This document shows positions 1 to 13,078 of a stretch of DNA of 64,000 bases, piece by piece (within the stretch, counting starts at the first letter, position 1; the number at the start of each line of letters is the position of its first letter). The notes under the pieces were generated by a model that saw nothing but the letters and a program-made list of their open reading frames with translations, did not search any database and was not told the origin of the DNA. The DNA is from Octopus bimaculoides (lineage: Eukaryota): contig NC_068989.1 of NCBI RefSeq assembly GCF_001194135.2, positions 1,953,479 through 2,017,478 on the forward strand, in the 5' to 3' direction. Both the position numbers and the translations under genes were made by a program.

Positions 1-315
1 GGTAAGAGCTCTCTAAACTTTGCCCAGGCTATTCTTATTCTAGCAGCTACACTTTCAGCGCACCCACCCCCACTACTAACTTGGTCGCCCAGATAGCGGA
101 AGCTATCGACTACCTCTAGTTTTTCACCCTGGAATGAGATAGAAGTTGTTTCCTGTTTGTTTACAGTCTTTATTGCACCTGAACATCTGCCACAAACAAA
201 AACTAACTTGCTAGTTAACCTGCCTTTGATGTTGCTGCACCTCTTATGTGTCCATAGCTTGCACCGGGTACATCTTATAGAGTTACTACCTACTCCTTTT
301 CTACATACTGAGCAA

Positions 316-640
316 TGCACTCCAACAGCATGACAACGCCCCAGCACACACTGCCAATGTGACCATGTGCAATCTTGAAGAACTTTGGGGGTTGGAAAGT
401 GTTGCCTCATCCTGCCTACAGTCCAAGCCCTGCACCATCAGATTACCATGTTTTCTGAGTCATGACTAATTTCCTGTATGACTGGAGGTTCAACAAAGTG
501 GATGAGGTCAAAAACGGGGACAAGGAGATGTCTGCCTCTAAACCAGTCAAATGGTATAAGCATGGAATTGAACCTGATGCACAACAATAAAAACAGACAA
601 AAGAATACGATAGGATATACTGTAATGAATAGAAGCCTGG
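316..640 (+). mobile_element. mariner transposase C-terminal relic (frameshifted)
   Basis: Translates in pieces as LQQHDNAPAHTA...KVLPHPAYSPSPAPSDYHVF, the mariner HDNA.PH and YSPDLAPSDY motifs. Confidence 0.75.
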
Positions 641-715
641 CACATATAATTTGTTTGAACAATTAATTAAAGCTTGACATACAAAAACCTTATATATTCT
701 TTTATTCTTTAACTT

Positions 716-1062
716 CTTTCAGTCATTTAAGTGCGGCTATGCTGGAGCACCACCTGTAGTCGAACAAATCGACCCCAGGACTTATTCTTTGTAAGCCTGG
801 TACTTATTCTATTGGGCCCTTTTGCTGAACCACTAAGTTATGGGGACATAAACACACCAGCATCAGTTCTCAAGCAATGGTGGGGGGACAAACACAGACA
901 CACATACCCAAATATATATTTATATATATACACACGACAGCCTTCTTTCAGTTTTTGTCTACCAAATCCACTCACAATCCCTGGTTGGCCCAAGGTGTCA
1001 CACAGTGGAACTGAACTCGGAACTATGTGGTTAGAAAGCAAGCTTCTTACCACACAGCTATA
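716..1062 (-). mobile_element. tRNA-headed SINE, family C (head gtggctgtgtggtaagaagcttgcttc...)
   Basis: Similar sequence recurs at about 8790-9060, 22815-23210, 35025-35295, 41475-41730, 60205-60490 (-) and 44389-44570, 53130-53285 (+). Has an A/B-box-like head and a ccttgggcaagtgtctt core. Confidence 0.7.
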
Positions 1063-1421
1063 CCTACACCAATGTGAAATAAAGAGTCTTGCTCAAAGAC
1101 ACAATGTGCTACCAGGAATTGAACTCACGACCTTACAATCGATCATGAGCCAAATACCCTGATCACTAACCCATGCACCTTCACATGGGATGATAACAAG
1201 TCCTGGGGAATAAATATAGCCAGCCATTCTGTTAGATACCCCTATCTGACCCTTGGGTGTCATGAGGGGAATTCACACTTTTGCGAATAACCAGATCAGA
1301 GAACAGGTGAGAAGATAACCTGGAAGTTGTAGTATTTCATTTACCCCCTATTCTCTTGTCAGTCTCAGAGTCCCTGAGTAAAGCTTGTGGCCTGCTCTGC
1401 TTTTTTTCCTGAGACTAAGTT

Positions 1422-1452
<31 letters not shown>

Positions 1453-1923
1453 TCTCTTACAAGACCTTGTACCTTGAGATGCTCTGGCATCGAGTTACAA
1501 CCATCTCTTATCTTCTTTCCAACCATTCCTACCCACCCTCATAATGCAGGGTAGCCATGCATCTCCTTTATAGCAATACACCTGGGTCTGTCCCTTTATC
1601 ATATCCCCCACTTTGTTGAGGGGGACATTTTCCTTTTTGTTGTCCCTGCTTGTGTTGGTGACAGAGGCATAAAAGTACCCAGTGTACACAGTAAAATAGT
1701 CAGTGAAATGGTTGGCATCCAGCCATCCAGCCATAGAAGCTGGTTGCCAAAGCAGACATTAGAGCTTGATGCAGCCCTGCAGCACACTGGATCCTGTAAA
1801 ACTATCCAACCCATGCCAGCACAGAAAACAGACGTTAAATGATAATCACACACACACACACCCATACATATACAATATATATATATATATATATATACAC
1901 ATATTATAGACAGACAGACAGGC

Positions 1924-1958
<35 letters not shown>

Positions 1959-2933
1959 NNNNNNNNNNNNNNNNNNNNNNNNNNNNNNNNNNNNNNNNNN
2001 NNNNNNNNNNNNNNNNNNNNNNNNNNNNNNNNNNNNNNNNNNNNNNNNNNNNNNNNNNNNNNNNNNNNNNNNNNNNNNNNNNNNNNNNNNNNNNNNNNNN
2101 NNNNNNNNNNNNNNNNNNNNNNNNNNNNNNNNNNNNNNNNNNNNNNNNNNNNNNNNNNNNNNNNNNNNNNNNNNNNNNNNNNNNNNNNNNNNNNNNNNNN
2201 NNNNNNNNNNNNNNNNNNNNNNNNNNNNNNNNNNNNNNNNNNNNNNNNNNNNNNNNNNNNNNNNNNNNNNNNNNNNNNNNNNNNNNNNNNNNNNNNNNNN
2301 NNNNNNNNNNNNNNNNNNNNNNNNNNNNNNNNNNNNNNNNNNNNNNNNNNNNNNNNNNNNNNNNNNNNNNNNNNNNNNNNNNNNNNNNNNNNNNNNNNNN
2401 NNNNNNNNNNNNNNNNNNNNNNNNNNNNNNNNNNNNNNNNNNNNNNNNNNNNNNNNNNNNNNNNNNNNNNNNNNNNNNNNNNNNNNNNNNNNNNNNNNNN
2501 NNNNNNNNNNNNNNNNNNNNNNNNNNNNNNNNNNNNNNNNNNNNNNNNNNNNNNNNNNNNNNNNNNNNNNNNNNNNNNNNNNNNNNNNNNNNNNNNNNNN
2601 NNNNNNNNNNNNNNNNNNNNNNNNNNNNNNNNNNNNNNNNNNNNNNNNNNNNNNNNNNNNNNNNNNNNNNNNNNNNNNNNNNNNNNNNNNNNNNNNNNNN
2701 NNNNNNNNNNNNNNNNNNNNNNNNNNNNNNNNNNNNNNNNNNNNNNNNNNNNNNNNNNNNNNNNNNNNNNNNNNNNNNNNNNNNNNNNNNNNNNNNNNNN
2801 NNNNNNNNNNNNNNNNNNNNNNNNNNNNNNNNNNNNNNNNNNNNNNNNNNNNNNNNNNNNNNNNNNNNNNNNNNNNNNNNNNNNNNNNNNNNNNNNNNNN
2901 NNNNNNNNNNNNNNNNNNNNNNNNNNNNNNNNN
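1959..2933. other. Assembly gap (N run); other gaps at 3668-4048, 9418-9713, 33234-33353, 50764-50773 and 58362-59040
   Basis: Runs of N, mostly flanked by microsatellites or repeats. Confidence 0.99.
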
Positions 2934-5900
2934 TACAGCGTCGAGGAAATGCTTTGTGGAATTTCTTCCAGTTCTTTATGTTCTAAGTTCAAATACAAGC
3001 TGGATCGATAAAGAAAAGTACCAACCAAGTAATGGCAAAGGGTATTGATTAAACCCCTCCCCTCGAAATCTGTGCCTAATTCAGAAACAAAAGGGATTTC
3101 GTTCTATGACTCGACTGGTGACTTATTACACACACACACTCTCTCTCTCACCCACACGTTATGTATATATACGTGTAAATGTGCCGAGGAATTATGCGTG
3201 TATGTGTATGAATGAATGAAGAAATTCTTGAGGCAGTAGATTCATTATAAATGGTTTCTCGGAGTTCCCCACCCCCCGTCAGTGATCTGCCTTTACTAAG
3301 GAATCATGTCGCAGACTAGACTTTTAAAATTGCTTGTAAATTTTCCTTGAACTTTTCTCTGAGTTACGTATGTTTGTATCTATGTCTGTATGTAAGGGTG
3401 TAACTATACAATTGTTTCCCAGCCAACACCTATGCATATGTCCGTCCAAAGCTGACAAACTCAGACCGTCGCTACTCATTATTTCATAAACTTGTTGCCT
3501 GAAAAATCGCACCTAATAAACTCGACTGCATAAATTGAATACTTCCTTGAATTTCGTCCACCTCTCGTTTGTACATCCAAAAGTACATATTTGTACTCGT
3601 TTAACGGCTAATATATATATATATATATATATATATACCGGAGTAAGCACATATATGCGAAACAAGANNNNNNNNNNNNNNNNNNNNNNNNNNNNNNNNN
3701 NNNNNNNNNNNNNNNNNNNNNNNNNNNNNNNNNNNNNNNNNNNNNNNNNNNNNNNNNNNNNNNNNNNNNNNNNNNNNNNNNNNNNNNNNNNNNNNNNNNN
3801 NNNNNNNNNNNNNNNNNNNNNNNNNNNNNNNNNNNNNNNNNNNNNNNNNNNNNNNNNNNNNNNNNNNNNNNNNNNNNNNNNNNNNNNNNNNNNNNNNNNN
3901 NNNNNNNNNNNNNNNNNNNNNNNNNNNNNNNNNNNNNNNNNNNNNNNNNNNNNNNNNNNNNNNNNNNNNNNNNNNNNNNNNNNNNNNNNNNNNNNNNNNN
4001 NNNNNNNNNNNNNNNNNNNNNNNNNNNNNNNNNNNNNNNNNNNNNNNNTACTTTTGTAGAGTACAAATTTATTATTCTTCGGACAATATGCGTGTGTGTG
4101 TGTGTCATCGGACAATATGTGGGTGGGCACAGAATAGAAAATAACTATAACCACAACAGAAAAAAGTTAGCCTTGTGACTAATCAAACGAAATCAATAGA
4201 GAATTTGATATGACTACAACGTACAACTTAGAATTTCAACAGACATTTTCTTTTTCAAATCTCCGAAAGAAACTCCGATCTAAACAGCAATGTCTAGGGT
4301 TATTTATTATTGCTTTGCCCCATGTCAGTTTTACAGGCATATGACCTCGTCAACGACGTTACAACTGTGACTCTCCAGTTTTACTTGTATATTGTCCTCT
4401 GTGTAATTTGTTTTTGAAGAAAAGTTGAGTACGATTTGAGAAAGATTTGGCTACTATTTCTAGCAGGGTCAATGAACACGCAGTGGGCTCCCTTATTGAT
4501 TTAATATTTTAAATGAAATTTTGTAGTTACGTTTATGAAGATGTAGATGAAATTGTTTCTTTTTAATTATTTTTATTCAGAGAAAAAAGTAACTGTACAA
4601 GATTCCATTGGAAAATATGCATTATTAATAAAGTTATGAGGAAACAAATACGATGGATAAAGATGGCAATAAATTGTCGTTTGGACGGCTAAACTTTTTA
4701 GTTGGGTTGTATTGTAGTCGCTGCAGTTACTTGGAAATACTTATTTAAAAACTTTGAAATGATGTCTTATAGTAGTGTTAATTAATTTCGACGTGTATTG
4801 TAGAAAGAGAGAGGGGGAGAGAGAGAAAGAAGGGGAGAGAGAAAGGAAGAGAGAGAGAAGAGAAAGGAAGAGAGAGAGCACTCCTACACACTTTAAGAAA
4901 ATTCCTCAACTTACTTGGCGGATGAGAGAGGGAACGACAGAGACAATAAACAGAGTCCAAACTTCACTGTAACACTGCCGACAATGACAAAACTAACGAA
5001 ATATCCCAAAAGTCCTTACAATGACAAAAATTACTACGTCACCACGAAAGTACTTAGAGGTTTATTGAACGAGAAAGGAAATAAAAACGGCTTGTCAACT
5101 AGTATACGCACAATATGCACACATGCTTGTCAATTGAATGTATAAGATTATAAAGTGGGGCAGGGTATGTCATAGTAAAAGTAAAATAATCTAGCTTTAG
5201 CCATTGGGAGTCTCTACGTGGCCGCTCGACCTGCTAGAAATAGTAACCTCAGATAAAACACTTCATTATAAAGGGGAAAAAATGTAGACTTGATTGTTTT
5301 CGATCATAGGCCTTAGCTTGATAAGGACTCATCTGGCATGTACTATATACAGATCATATACACATACATGCATATGAATATATACATCACAGAACATTTA
5401 CATGTACCAACCAAACACACACATGCATGCATACAAATATACATATACAGATCATAGGTCTGTTTGATAAGGACAGACCTGGGGTTAAACGGATAAATTT
5501 AATAACCTATTTCTGTATATTTAAGAATATCAATTTTAATACCCTGAATGCAAGGAACAAGGAAGCCACTGAATATATATATATATATGTTGGTATCATA
5601 TTTTTTTGTTTTATTAGTTTGACCTCGTGGTTTTAGTTTGTTTTTTGTTTTTCCATTCGTGAATGATAATTAAGATTATGTGAGCCACGAAAGAAAAAAA
5701 GGTTACGCACCACCGAGCCAGAACAACGCCGATAACCTATATCCCTTGTAAATCTAAAATTAGTAAATTGCCATCTTACACAGCTGTTCCTATTGATGTG
5801 TATATATGACAATCTCTTTGCTCTTTTGTTTGTCATTAGACTGCGGCCAAGCTGGGACACAGCGCTAATGGATTTACAGCCAATCAAATTGACCCTAAAG

Positions 5901-5962
5901 CTGGTGTTTATTGTGTCGGTCACATTTTGGTCAAATCGCTTTGTTATGAGGACGTGAACCCA

Positions 5963-6213
5963 TACTAGGGAAAGACTTCCTTTTGTACCCTCCCCAAAAC
6001 CCCACTTTATTATTATTATTTATTTATTTATTTATTATTATTTTTTTTTACAGAAACCCCCGTTTTCGGGTACGGATATTATGAATCTGAAAAAAAAAAA
6101 AAAAATTGCCAATTTTTTTTTCAGATTCGTAATCTCCGTACCCGAAAACGGGGTTTCTGTAAAAAAAAAAAAGGGGGGGGGGGTTACAAAAGGAAGTCTT
6201 TCCCAAACTAGTA
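5963..6213. mobile_element. About 250-bp foldback/palindromic MITE-like element
   Basis: Outer inverted arms TACTAG-GGAAAGACTTCCTTTTGTA / TACAAAAGGAAGTCTTTCCC-aaa-CTAGTA; inner arms 6041-6090 vs 6121-6170 near-identical; centre aattgccaatt. Confidence 0.75.
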
Positions 6214-8157
6214 ACACAGAGGCACACATGCCATGCATACATGCGATAGGCTTCTGTACATTTTCCATCCAACAAATTCACTTACAATGCACTGATCAGC
6301 TTTGGTCTGTAAGAGAGAAGACACCCAAGGTGCCACGCCAACGAGGTCAGTTAGGCTGTCCAAATAAACCCATACGATTTAGGGTTAGCTCCATTGAGTA
6401 GCCCCTTGGGCAAGCGTCTTCTAGCTAACGAATGCACTGTGGTTGAATTTAGTAGGCGGAAACTGCATGGAAGCCTGTCGTATATGTATGTAAAATTGTG
6501 TATACGTGTGTGCCGGCGGACGCGCATCCTTGTATGAGTCCCACCTTCACCTCATGATAACCGGTGTTGGTTTGTTTAATGGGATCAGTAGGATAAATAC
6601 CAAACTTAAAATAAGAACTGGTGTCGTGTCGACTTGTTGCATTAAATTCTTCAAGGCCGTTCCCGACTGGTACACCGCCTTCGCTGAGACATCCAAGTAA
6701 AAATACAAAAGACTGAGTGTATGTGTGTGTGTAGATAGATAGATAGATAGATAGATAGATACACAGAGTAACACCGTGTTTGTGTGTGTATTTATGTCTA
6801 TATAGAGTCTGTATACGTGCTGTGTGTGGATTCTAAGTCCTTGTGCCGTTCTGCTGGACTTTGTACATATTTTAATACGACCGATGTATAAATGAAGAAC
6901 GCTGTGTGTGTGTGTATTATGTATGTATGCGAGAGAGAGAGAGAGAGAGAGAGATAATTAAGCGTAGCTTCTCCGCCGCCACATTCGAGCATGAATATAC
7001 AATTAGACAGTCACTCACATATTTTCTACCAGTCAACTAGTTTGAAAGGCGGAAGGGTGAAGTATATAACATAATTGTCACCAACTCGTAAAGTATTAAA
7101 TGTGGGTACCCTTTCACTTTCTCACTAGTTCATGTACAGAACTTATGATTATATATTTATGTATATAAATAACCAGACCGAGTTATGCTTAAGGTGTCTC
7201 TGAAGGGGTGTACTGTCAAGTTGCCTCCACTAATTAGGTCTACCAAGCTGCAAGTTATAAATTGCAATTTTTTTTTTCTAATGTAATTAATTAGAAAGAA
7301 TTGAAAAAATAGTATTTTAACATGTTGCCCTACTTAGAATTAAATACTTTGTTCATATTGCCTGTTGCTGTTTTAGCGTTAAACATATACAATTAAAAAT
7401 AAAAGCAAGTTATATGTAATATAGTTTACGGAGTGGGGGATGACGCGAGTGAATAGAGAATTTTTAACGTTATTATTTTATATTCGGCACTTCGCAGACA
7501 ATGGATGTGTCGAGAAAACGTTTTGAATTGGTTGTGCTTAGGGTATCAGGTGTCCCTTACATATACACACACACACACATTCATATGCATGCACACACAT
7601 ATGAACTATTAGAGATACCCGGCGTTGCCCTAATGCCAGTTGCATAGAAACACGTTATAGCAATTTGCAGCAGGTTTTTTTTATTGTGGCACTTTTTTTT
7701 TATATAATTATATTTACATATAATTTTTATTATTTACAGCAAAGGGCATGTTTTTATGCCCACAAAATCAACTTCGAGATACTCAAGCTCCACAATTAAC
7801 AGATACGGATTTTCTGATGGCTTAGTCCTTATGCCAGCTATAATTACAGGAGCCACTCCATTCTTCACTGTCTGGAAGATCGGCCTCTATGATAATACTT
7901 AAAGTGAAATTCATTTGCTACAGCTTGGAAGGTACGATTGCTTCATAGTCTGGAAGCCTGATAAAACCAGGAAATTCTATGTATCAGTAAAACTTGGGCA
8001 GCACTTAAATAAGTTTCAGCAACCAGGTGATTCCTGGTTCAGTCCCACTGCACCACCGCACCTTGAGCAAACGTCTTCTATTATAGCCCCGGACTGACCA
8101 ATGCTTTGTGAGTTAATTTGGTAGAAACTGTGTTGGAAGCCTGTCATATATGTGGTG

Positions 8158-8370
8158 GAGGGTGCTGAAAAGTTCCTGGCTTTAAGGGTATTGTGAAGGG
8201 TGTGGTTGGAGGACCAACCTTCTAAGTTCTTATACAGAGCTTAGATGAACTGAAGGACCACTGCGATATGTGTGGGAATCTGAGAGGGGAATATATTGAA
8301 TAAAATCATAATTAACTGATTCTCCTGTATTTTCTTTTACCCAAAGTCAGTAACTTTTCAGTACCCCCTT
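8158..8370 (+). mobile_element. mariner-derived MITE (about 210 bp)
   Basis: Imperfect TIRs gagggtgctgaaaagttcctggcttt / aaagtcagtaacttttcagtacccccctt-like; the interior retains a mariner C-terminal remnant (ending EYIE*). Confidence 0.65.
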
Positions 8371-9063
8371 GTCTATGTATGTGTGTGTGTACCTTTATGT
8401 TCCTGTTTGTAACACCCTCACCAATGCTTAACAACTGGTGTTGGTTTGTTTATATCCCCATAACAGCAGGCCAGCAACAGAAACCAATAACATGGTTTAA
8501 AATGAGTACTGGAGTCAATTTAGTCAACTAAACACTTCAAGGAAGTTCTCCAGAATGGCTGCAGTCCATTAACTGAAACAAATAAATGATAAAAATAGAA
8601 TGGAAACCTAAGCTGTCAGAGATTCTGAAAAGGAACTTCTGTGTAATGTCTCTTCTTCTTGGACACTATCCGAAAGGTTTGAAACTATCCTGGATTGAAC
8701 CCACATAGCCATGCTTTGTAACATTTTGAACATGTCTTGGAAAGATTACTTCACAGAAGAAAGATCCATTTTTTCTTTTATCGTCTATTTGTTTCAGTCA
8801 TTAGACTGTGGCCATACTGGGGCACCGTCTTGAAGAATTTTGAGTTGAAAGAATCGACCCCAGTACTTCTTTAAAACCTCGTACTTATTCTATTGGTCTT
8901 TTTTTTTTGCTGAATCATTAAGACGTAAACAAACCAACACAGGTTATCAAGTTGTAGTAGGGGACAAACTCAGACACAAAGGCAGACCCCCACACACACA
9001 TAATGGGGTTTTTTTTTCCGTTTCTGTCTACCAAATCCACTCACAAGACTTTGGTTAGGGCTA

Positions 9064-9103
<40 letters not shown>

Positions 9104-9105
<2 letters not shown>

Positions 9106-9372
9106 GATCCCCGTGCCGGTGGCACGTAAAAATCACCATCCGATCATGGTCGATGCCAGCCCTCTCTGGCCCCCTGTGCCAGTGGCATGTAAAAAAGCAC
9201 CCACTACACTCTCGGAGTGGTTGGCGTTAGGAAGAGCATCCAGCTGTAGAAACACTTCCATATCAGACTGGAGCCTAGTGCAGCCTCTTGGCTTCCCAGA
9301 CCCCAGTTGAACCGTCCAACCCATGCCGGCATTGGAAAACGGACATAAACGATGATGATGATGATGATGATG
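9104..9372 (+). repeat. RTE-LINE-derived 3' end with (GAT)n tail (family A)
   Basis: ...gtccaacccatgc..ggaaa.cggac.ttaaacgatgatgat. Further copies at about 23299-23640, 27296-27420, 28262-28410, 32917-33180, 34090-34202, 41810-42036, 44890-45110, 50590-50905, 53340-53540, 59381-59548, 60607-60770 and 61470-61663. Confidence 0.8.
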
Positions 9373-9377
9373 ATATA

Positions 9378-9417
<40 letters not shown>

Positions 9418-9718
9418 NNNNNNNNNNNNNNNNNNNNNNNNNNNNNNNNNNNNNNNNNNNNNNNNNNNNNNNNNNNNNNNNNNNNNNNNNNNNNNNNNNN
9501 NNNNNNNNNNNNNNNNNNNNNNNNNNNNNNNNNNNNNNNNNNNNNNNNNNNNNNNNNNNNNNNNNNNNNNNNNNNNNNNNNNNNNNNNNNNNNNNNNNNN
9601 NNNNNNNNNNNNNNNNNNNNNNNNNNNNNNNNNNNNNNNNNNNNNNNNNNNNNNNNNNNNNNNNNNNNNNNNNNNNNNNNNNNNNNNNNNNNNNNNNNNN
9701 NNNNNNNNNNNNNGAAAC

Positions 9719-9731
9719 TAAATAATAATAA

Positions 9732-9795
<64 letters not shown>
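9719..9795. repeat. Compound (AAT)n(AAG)n microsatellite, one of many (AC)n, (AT)n, (GATA)n and (CAT)n tracts
   Basis: Direct reading. Confidence 0.95.
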
Positions 9796-9797
<2 letters not shown>

Positions 9798-11010
9798 CTT
9801 GCGGTTTGGATCGAAAATCAGTAAGAAGAAAAAAACTTTCGTCTTTAATTAAGTAGAATAGAAAGTTGATGTGTCTTGTGTTCTATAAGATATGTTCGGT
9901 AACAACTTTGTCCAAACTTGTTGCCTCTGTTTTATGTTGTGATGTGTCGTGCTGGTGCTAGAATAAGCTGTGTTCGTCTTCAGAATGTTATTTCTCTAAT
10001 AATCGTTAGAATTATTTGCTTTGTCAGTCTTTGCGATCTGCACTTCCTTTCTGTTAATGTCAACAACGATTAACGCATTTGATTCTGTTTACAGTGTTGG
10101 TTGGGCTTAAGTAATCGGTTTTGTTATTGTTGTTGCTGTCGTTGATACGGTTATCACTTGACAGATATCAAATATTGACGTAGTCGACGGTGATGATATT
10201 AATAATACATGGCAATGACAACAACTAAGAAGATGATAACGATGATGATGATGATTGGGGTTGGTGTTGAACAAGAGGAGAAGTATGAGTAAGAAGAGTG
10301 AAGAGATTGACTGTTGTAAAAGGAAGGTGGAGGAGAAAGAAGAGAAGGAGCGGACTAAAGTGGTTGTGTTGTTGTGGCACCGCAGGTAATTGTTAAAAAG
10401 TTGATAGCAGCGAGATTGTTGTAGTCGTTGGTTTTTTGTGCTGGTGAGTAATACTGCTGCCAGCCTGGATAAGTTTACCTGGTACTGCTGACAAGTCAAG
10501 AGTGACAATAACAGATTTTAGGTCATCATTTCCTGTCTTAGTTTGTTTATTATTAATTTGCTCGTTAAAGGAAGTAGAGAAACGACTCTAAAGTGGATAA
10601 AAGTTTGGAGGATGAAGTAATCCAAACGGTAGAACCAAACCAGAAAAATGATGATGACGACGATGATAAAGATGATGATGGTGATGATGATGATACAAAT
10701 GCTCTTGGAAAAATCAAGCAGAAGGAACGATTCCCTCTGTTGAATTTCGTAGAATATGATTGCCTGGTTGTCTTACTTACTCCAAGGAATGTCTGAATGA
10801 CTGAGATTTTCAAATGTTGTGAAAAAACCATGTGTTGCTGGTCAGAGAGCACACCTGTTCTCACGCATGGCTATCGACCTACAGACACACATTGACAAGC
10901 TTTGAGTTGAGTAATTTAACACGCTATTCTTCTGCTTGGTTTTGAAAGGAATATATACCGGTGGTTAGAAAGTACATCTGACAGGAAAGGCATGAGGGAA
11001 AAGTGACCAC

Positions 11011-12385
11011 TCATCATCATCATCATTTAGCGTCTGTTTTCTATGCTGGCATGGGTTGGACAACTTGACAGGAGCTGGCTAGGCAGAAAGACTGAGCCAG
11101 TTCCTGCCACCTGCTTTGGCATGGTTTCTATGGCTGGAGAGCCTTACTCGTGCCAACTACTTTGCAGAGCGTACTTGGTGGCCTTTATGTGGCACCAGCA
11201 GAAATGAAGCCACCCAAGTGACTTGTAAGACAAGACCCCCCCCCCCTTCAACTAAGGTGGACGTGGGGGAACAGTATTAAAGATGGTGGCCTGTGCTGAG
11301 AAGTTAGAATATGAAGAGAAGGGCAGAAATAGGTGTCTTGCAGAAGAGGAAGAGATACAAGGCTACCTTAGTAGGAGGAGGAGGACAGAGAGAGGGGGAG
11401 AGGATGGTGAAGATGTGAGAGGGAGTGCACCCAAGTTAGAGGGAGGGGTGTGTAGCGAAGTGAGCCAGGGATTGGATAGGGTGAGTAGGTGGGTAAATTT
11501 GCAAGACTGCACAAGGAGAGTGGGAGGTGGAAGGGAGCGGGCACAGTTAGAGGGTAGGTGGGGAAATACGGTAAGGGGTATGTTGTGGGGTAAGAGATTC
11601 AGCATGGACATATTGTGTGAAGGTAGGTTTGTGAGGGAGAGCAGGAGATAGAGGGGAGGGGGAATACAGAGAGTGGTGAACAAGGGTGGGGGTGAGGTGT
11701 TGGGAAGGTGGGATGTGGGGGAGAGGTTTTCCAAGGCCAGATTGTGTATGGGGTGGGGGAAGGGGGCATGGACATAGAGGACATGCCTTTATGACCTTAA
11801 TTTTACTTTGCTGGACAGGTCTTCTCACACCCAGCAAATCGCCAAATGTCTTGGTTCCATTGTCATCTCCTTTGTGAGGCTCAGCATCTGAAGATCACTT
11901 CTCACCACTTCATCCCACCTCTTCTTAGGTCTTCCTCTTCCACAGACTCCCTCCACATCTAGAGACTGGTACTTCTTTACACAGCTGTCTTCATCCATAT
12001 ACATCATATACCCATAGCAGCTCAGTTTTCTCTCTTCTACACTACGTCTGATTCCTCTTGCACTCAATTTTTCGTTCACAACACACTCTGTTGTACACGC
12101 ACACTGACACTGCACATCCAGTGAAGCGTGCTGCCATCATTTCTGTCAAGCCATTGCATATCTTCTGCAGTCACAGCCCATGTTTCACTACCATGTGGCA
12201 TAACTGTATGCACACAGGCATCAAACAATCAACCTTTCACTCTTAGAGAGAGGCCCTTTTTCACCAAGCTCTCTGAACTTTGCCCAACTGCTCTTATTCT
12301 AACAACTTTGCTTTCAGACTATCCTCCACTACTGCTAATTTGGTTCCCTAGGTAATGGAACCTTTCTACCATCCTTAAAGATCTC
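11011..12385 (-). mobile_element. 5'-truncated, decayed RTE-clade LINE (RT C-terminus, purine-rich 3' region, (GAT)n tail)
   Basis: ORF fragments MVERFHYLGNQISSSGG and [36 protein letters not shown]; (cat)n tail at 11011-11026. Confidence 0.85.
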
Positions 12386-13078
12386 TTTGGGTATTGAATG
12401 AAATGTATTTCCAGTGTGTTCTTCATGTTTTTAGTTCCTGTATATCTTACACGCACAATGACTACTTCCTCTGATTCTGCTGCACCTCTTAGGTATATAT
12501 ATATGTGTGTATGAGAGGGCTTTGGACATGAAAGACAATGGGTGTACATATGTGTGTGAGAGTGTGCAACTGTGTGTTTCACTGCTCAGGTTAAAAAAAA
12601 ATAATGCAGAAATTGCCAAAAAAATAGATAAAACAAAATGATTTTAATTCTCAGTTTTGTGATACTATCTCCGAAGGATTGCCATAAATTTGAATCTTGT
12701 GCTGTGCCTGTAAGGAAGGCACATAACTCTGTCTGGCTTTTCGTGACCAATTAAAATGCATTCTAAATCTGTTTCACAGTTGTGTTGTGAGCAATAACAA
12801 CAGTATTCAGCAGTTAAAAATAACCAATTGAATAAAAATCAGCCGATACTGTTACGCATGAGTAATTTTTTTTTATCTTCATATTGAAAGCATGAATGAC
12901 GTGTAGGGTTTTACGTACGTATTTCCACAGCTATCCCAGATGCATAACAAATATTGATTGTGGCTATACAATCATAACATGGGGGCAGGCATGGCTGTCG
13001 TTGTCGTCATCCTTTACCGTCCACTTTTCCATGCTTGCTGGGTCAGATGGAATTTGCTGAACTACATTTTCTATACTA

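Noticed and set aside
1904-4154. Long ORFs in the track at 1904-3028, 3513-4154, 9288-9852 and 58103-59206
   Set aside because: They are runs of X across assembly gaps plus microsatellite translation; only the 57999 frame has real (RTE) coding content
10593-10796. Acidic 67-aa ORF (DDDD-rich)
   Set aside because: GTG start, stop just upstream, no good acceptor, and acidity comes from a (GAT)n tract; no recognisable domain
11283-11877. Overlapping 60-120 aa ORFs on both strands in a G-rich tract
   Set aside because: Purine-rich 3' region of the decayed RTE copy; stop-poor composition explains the ORFs
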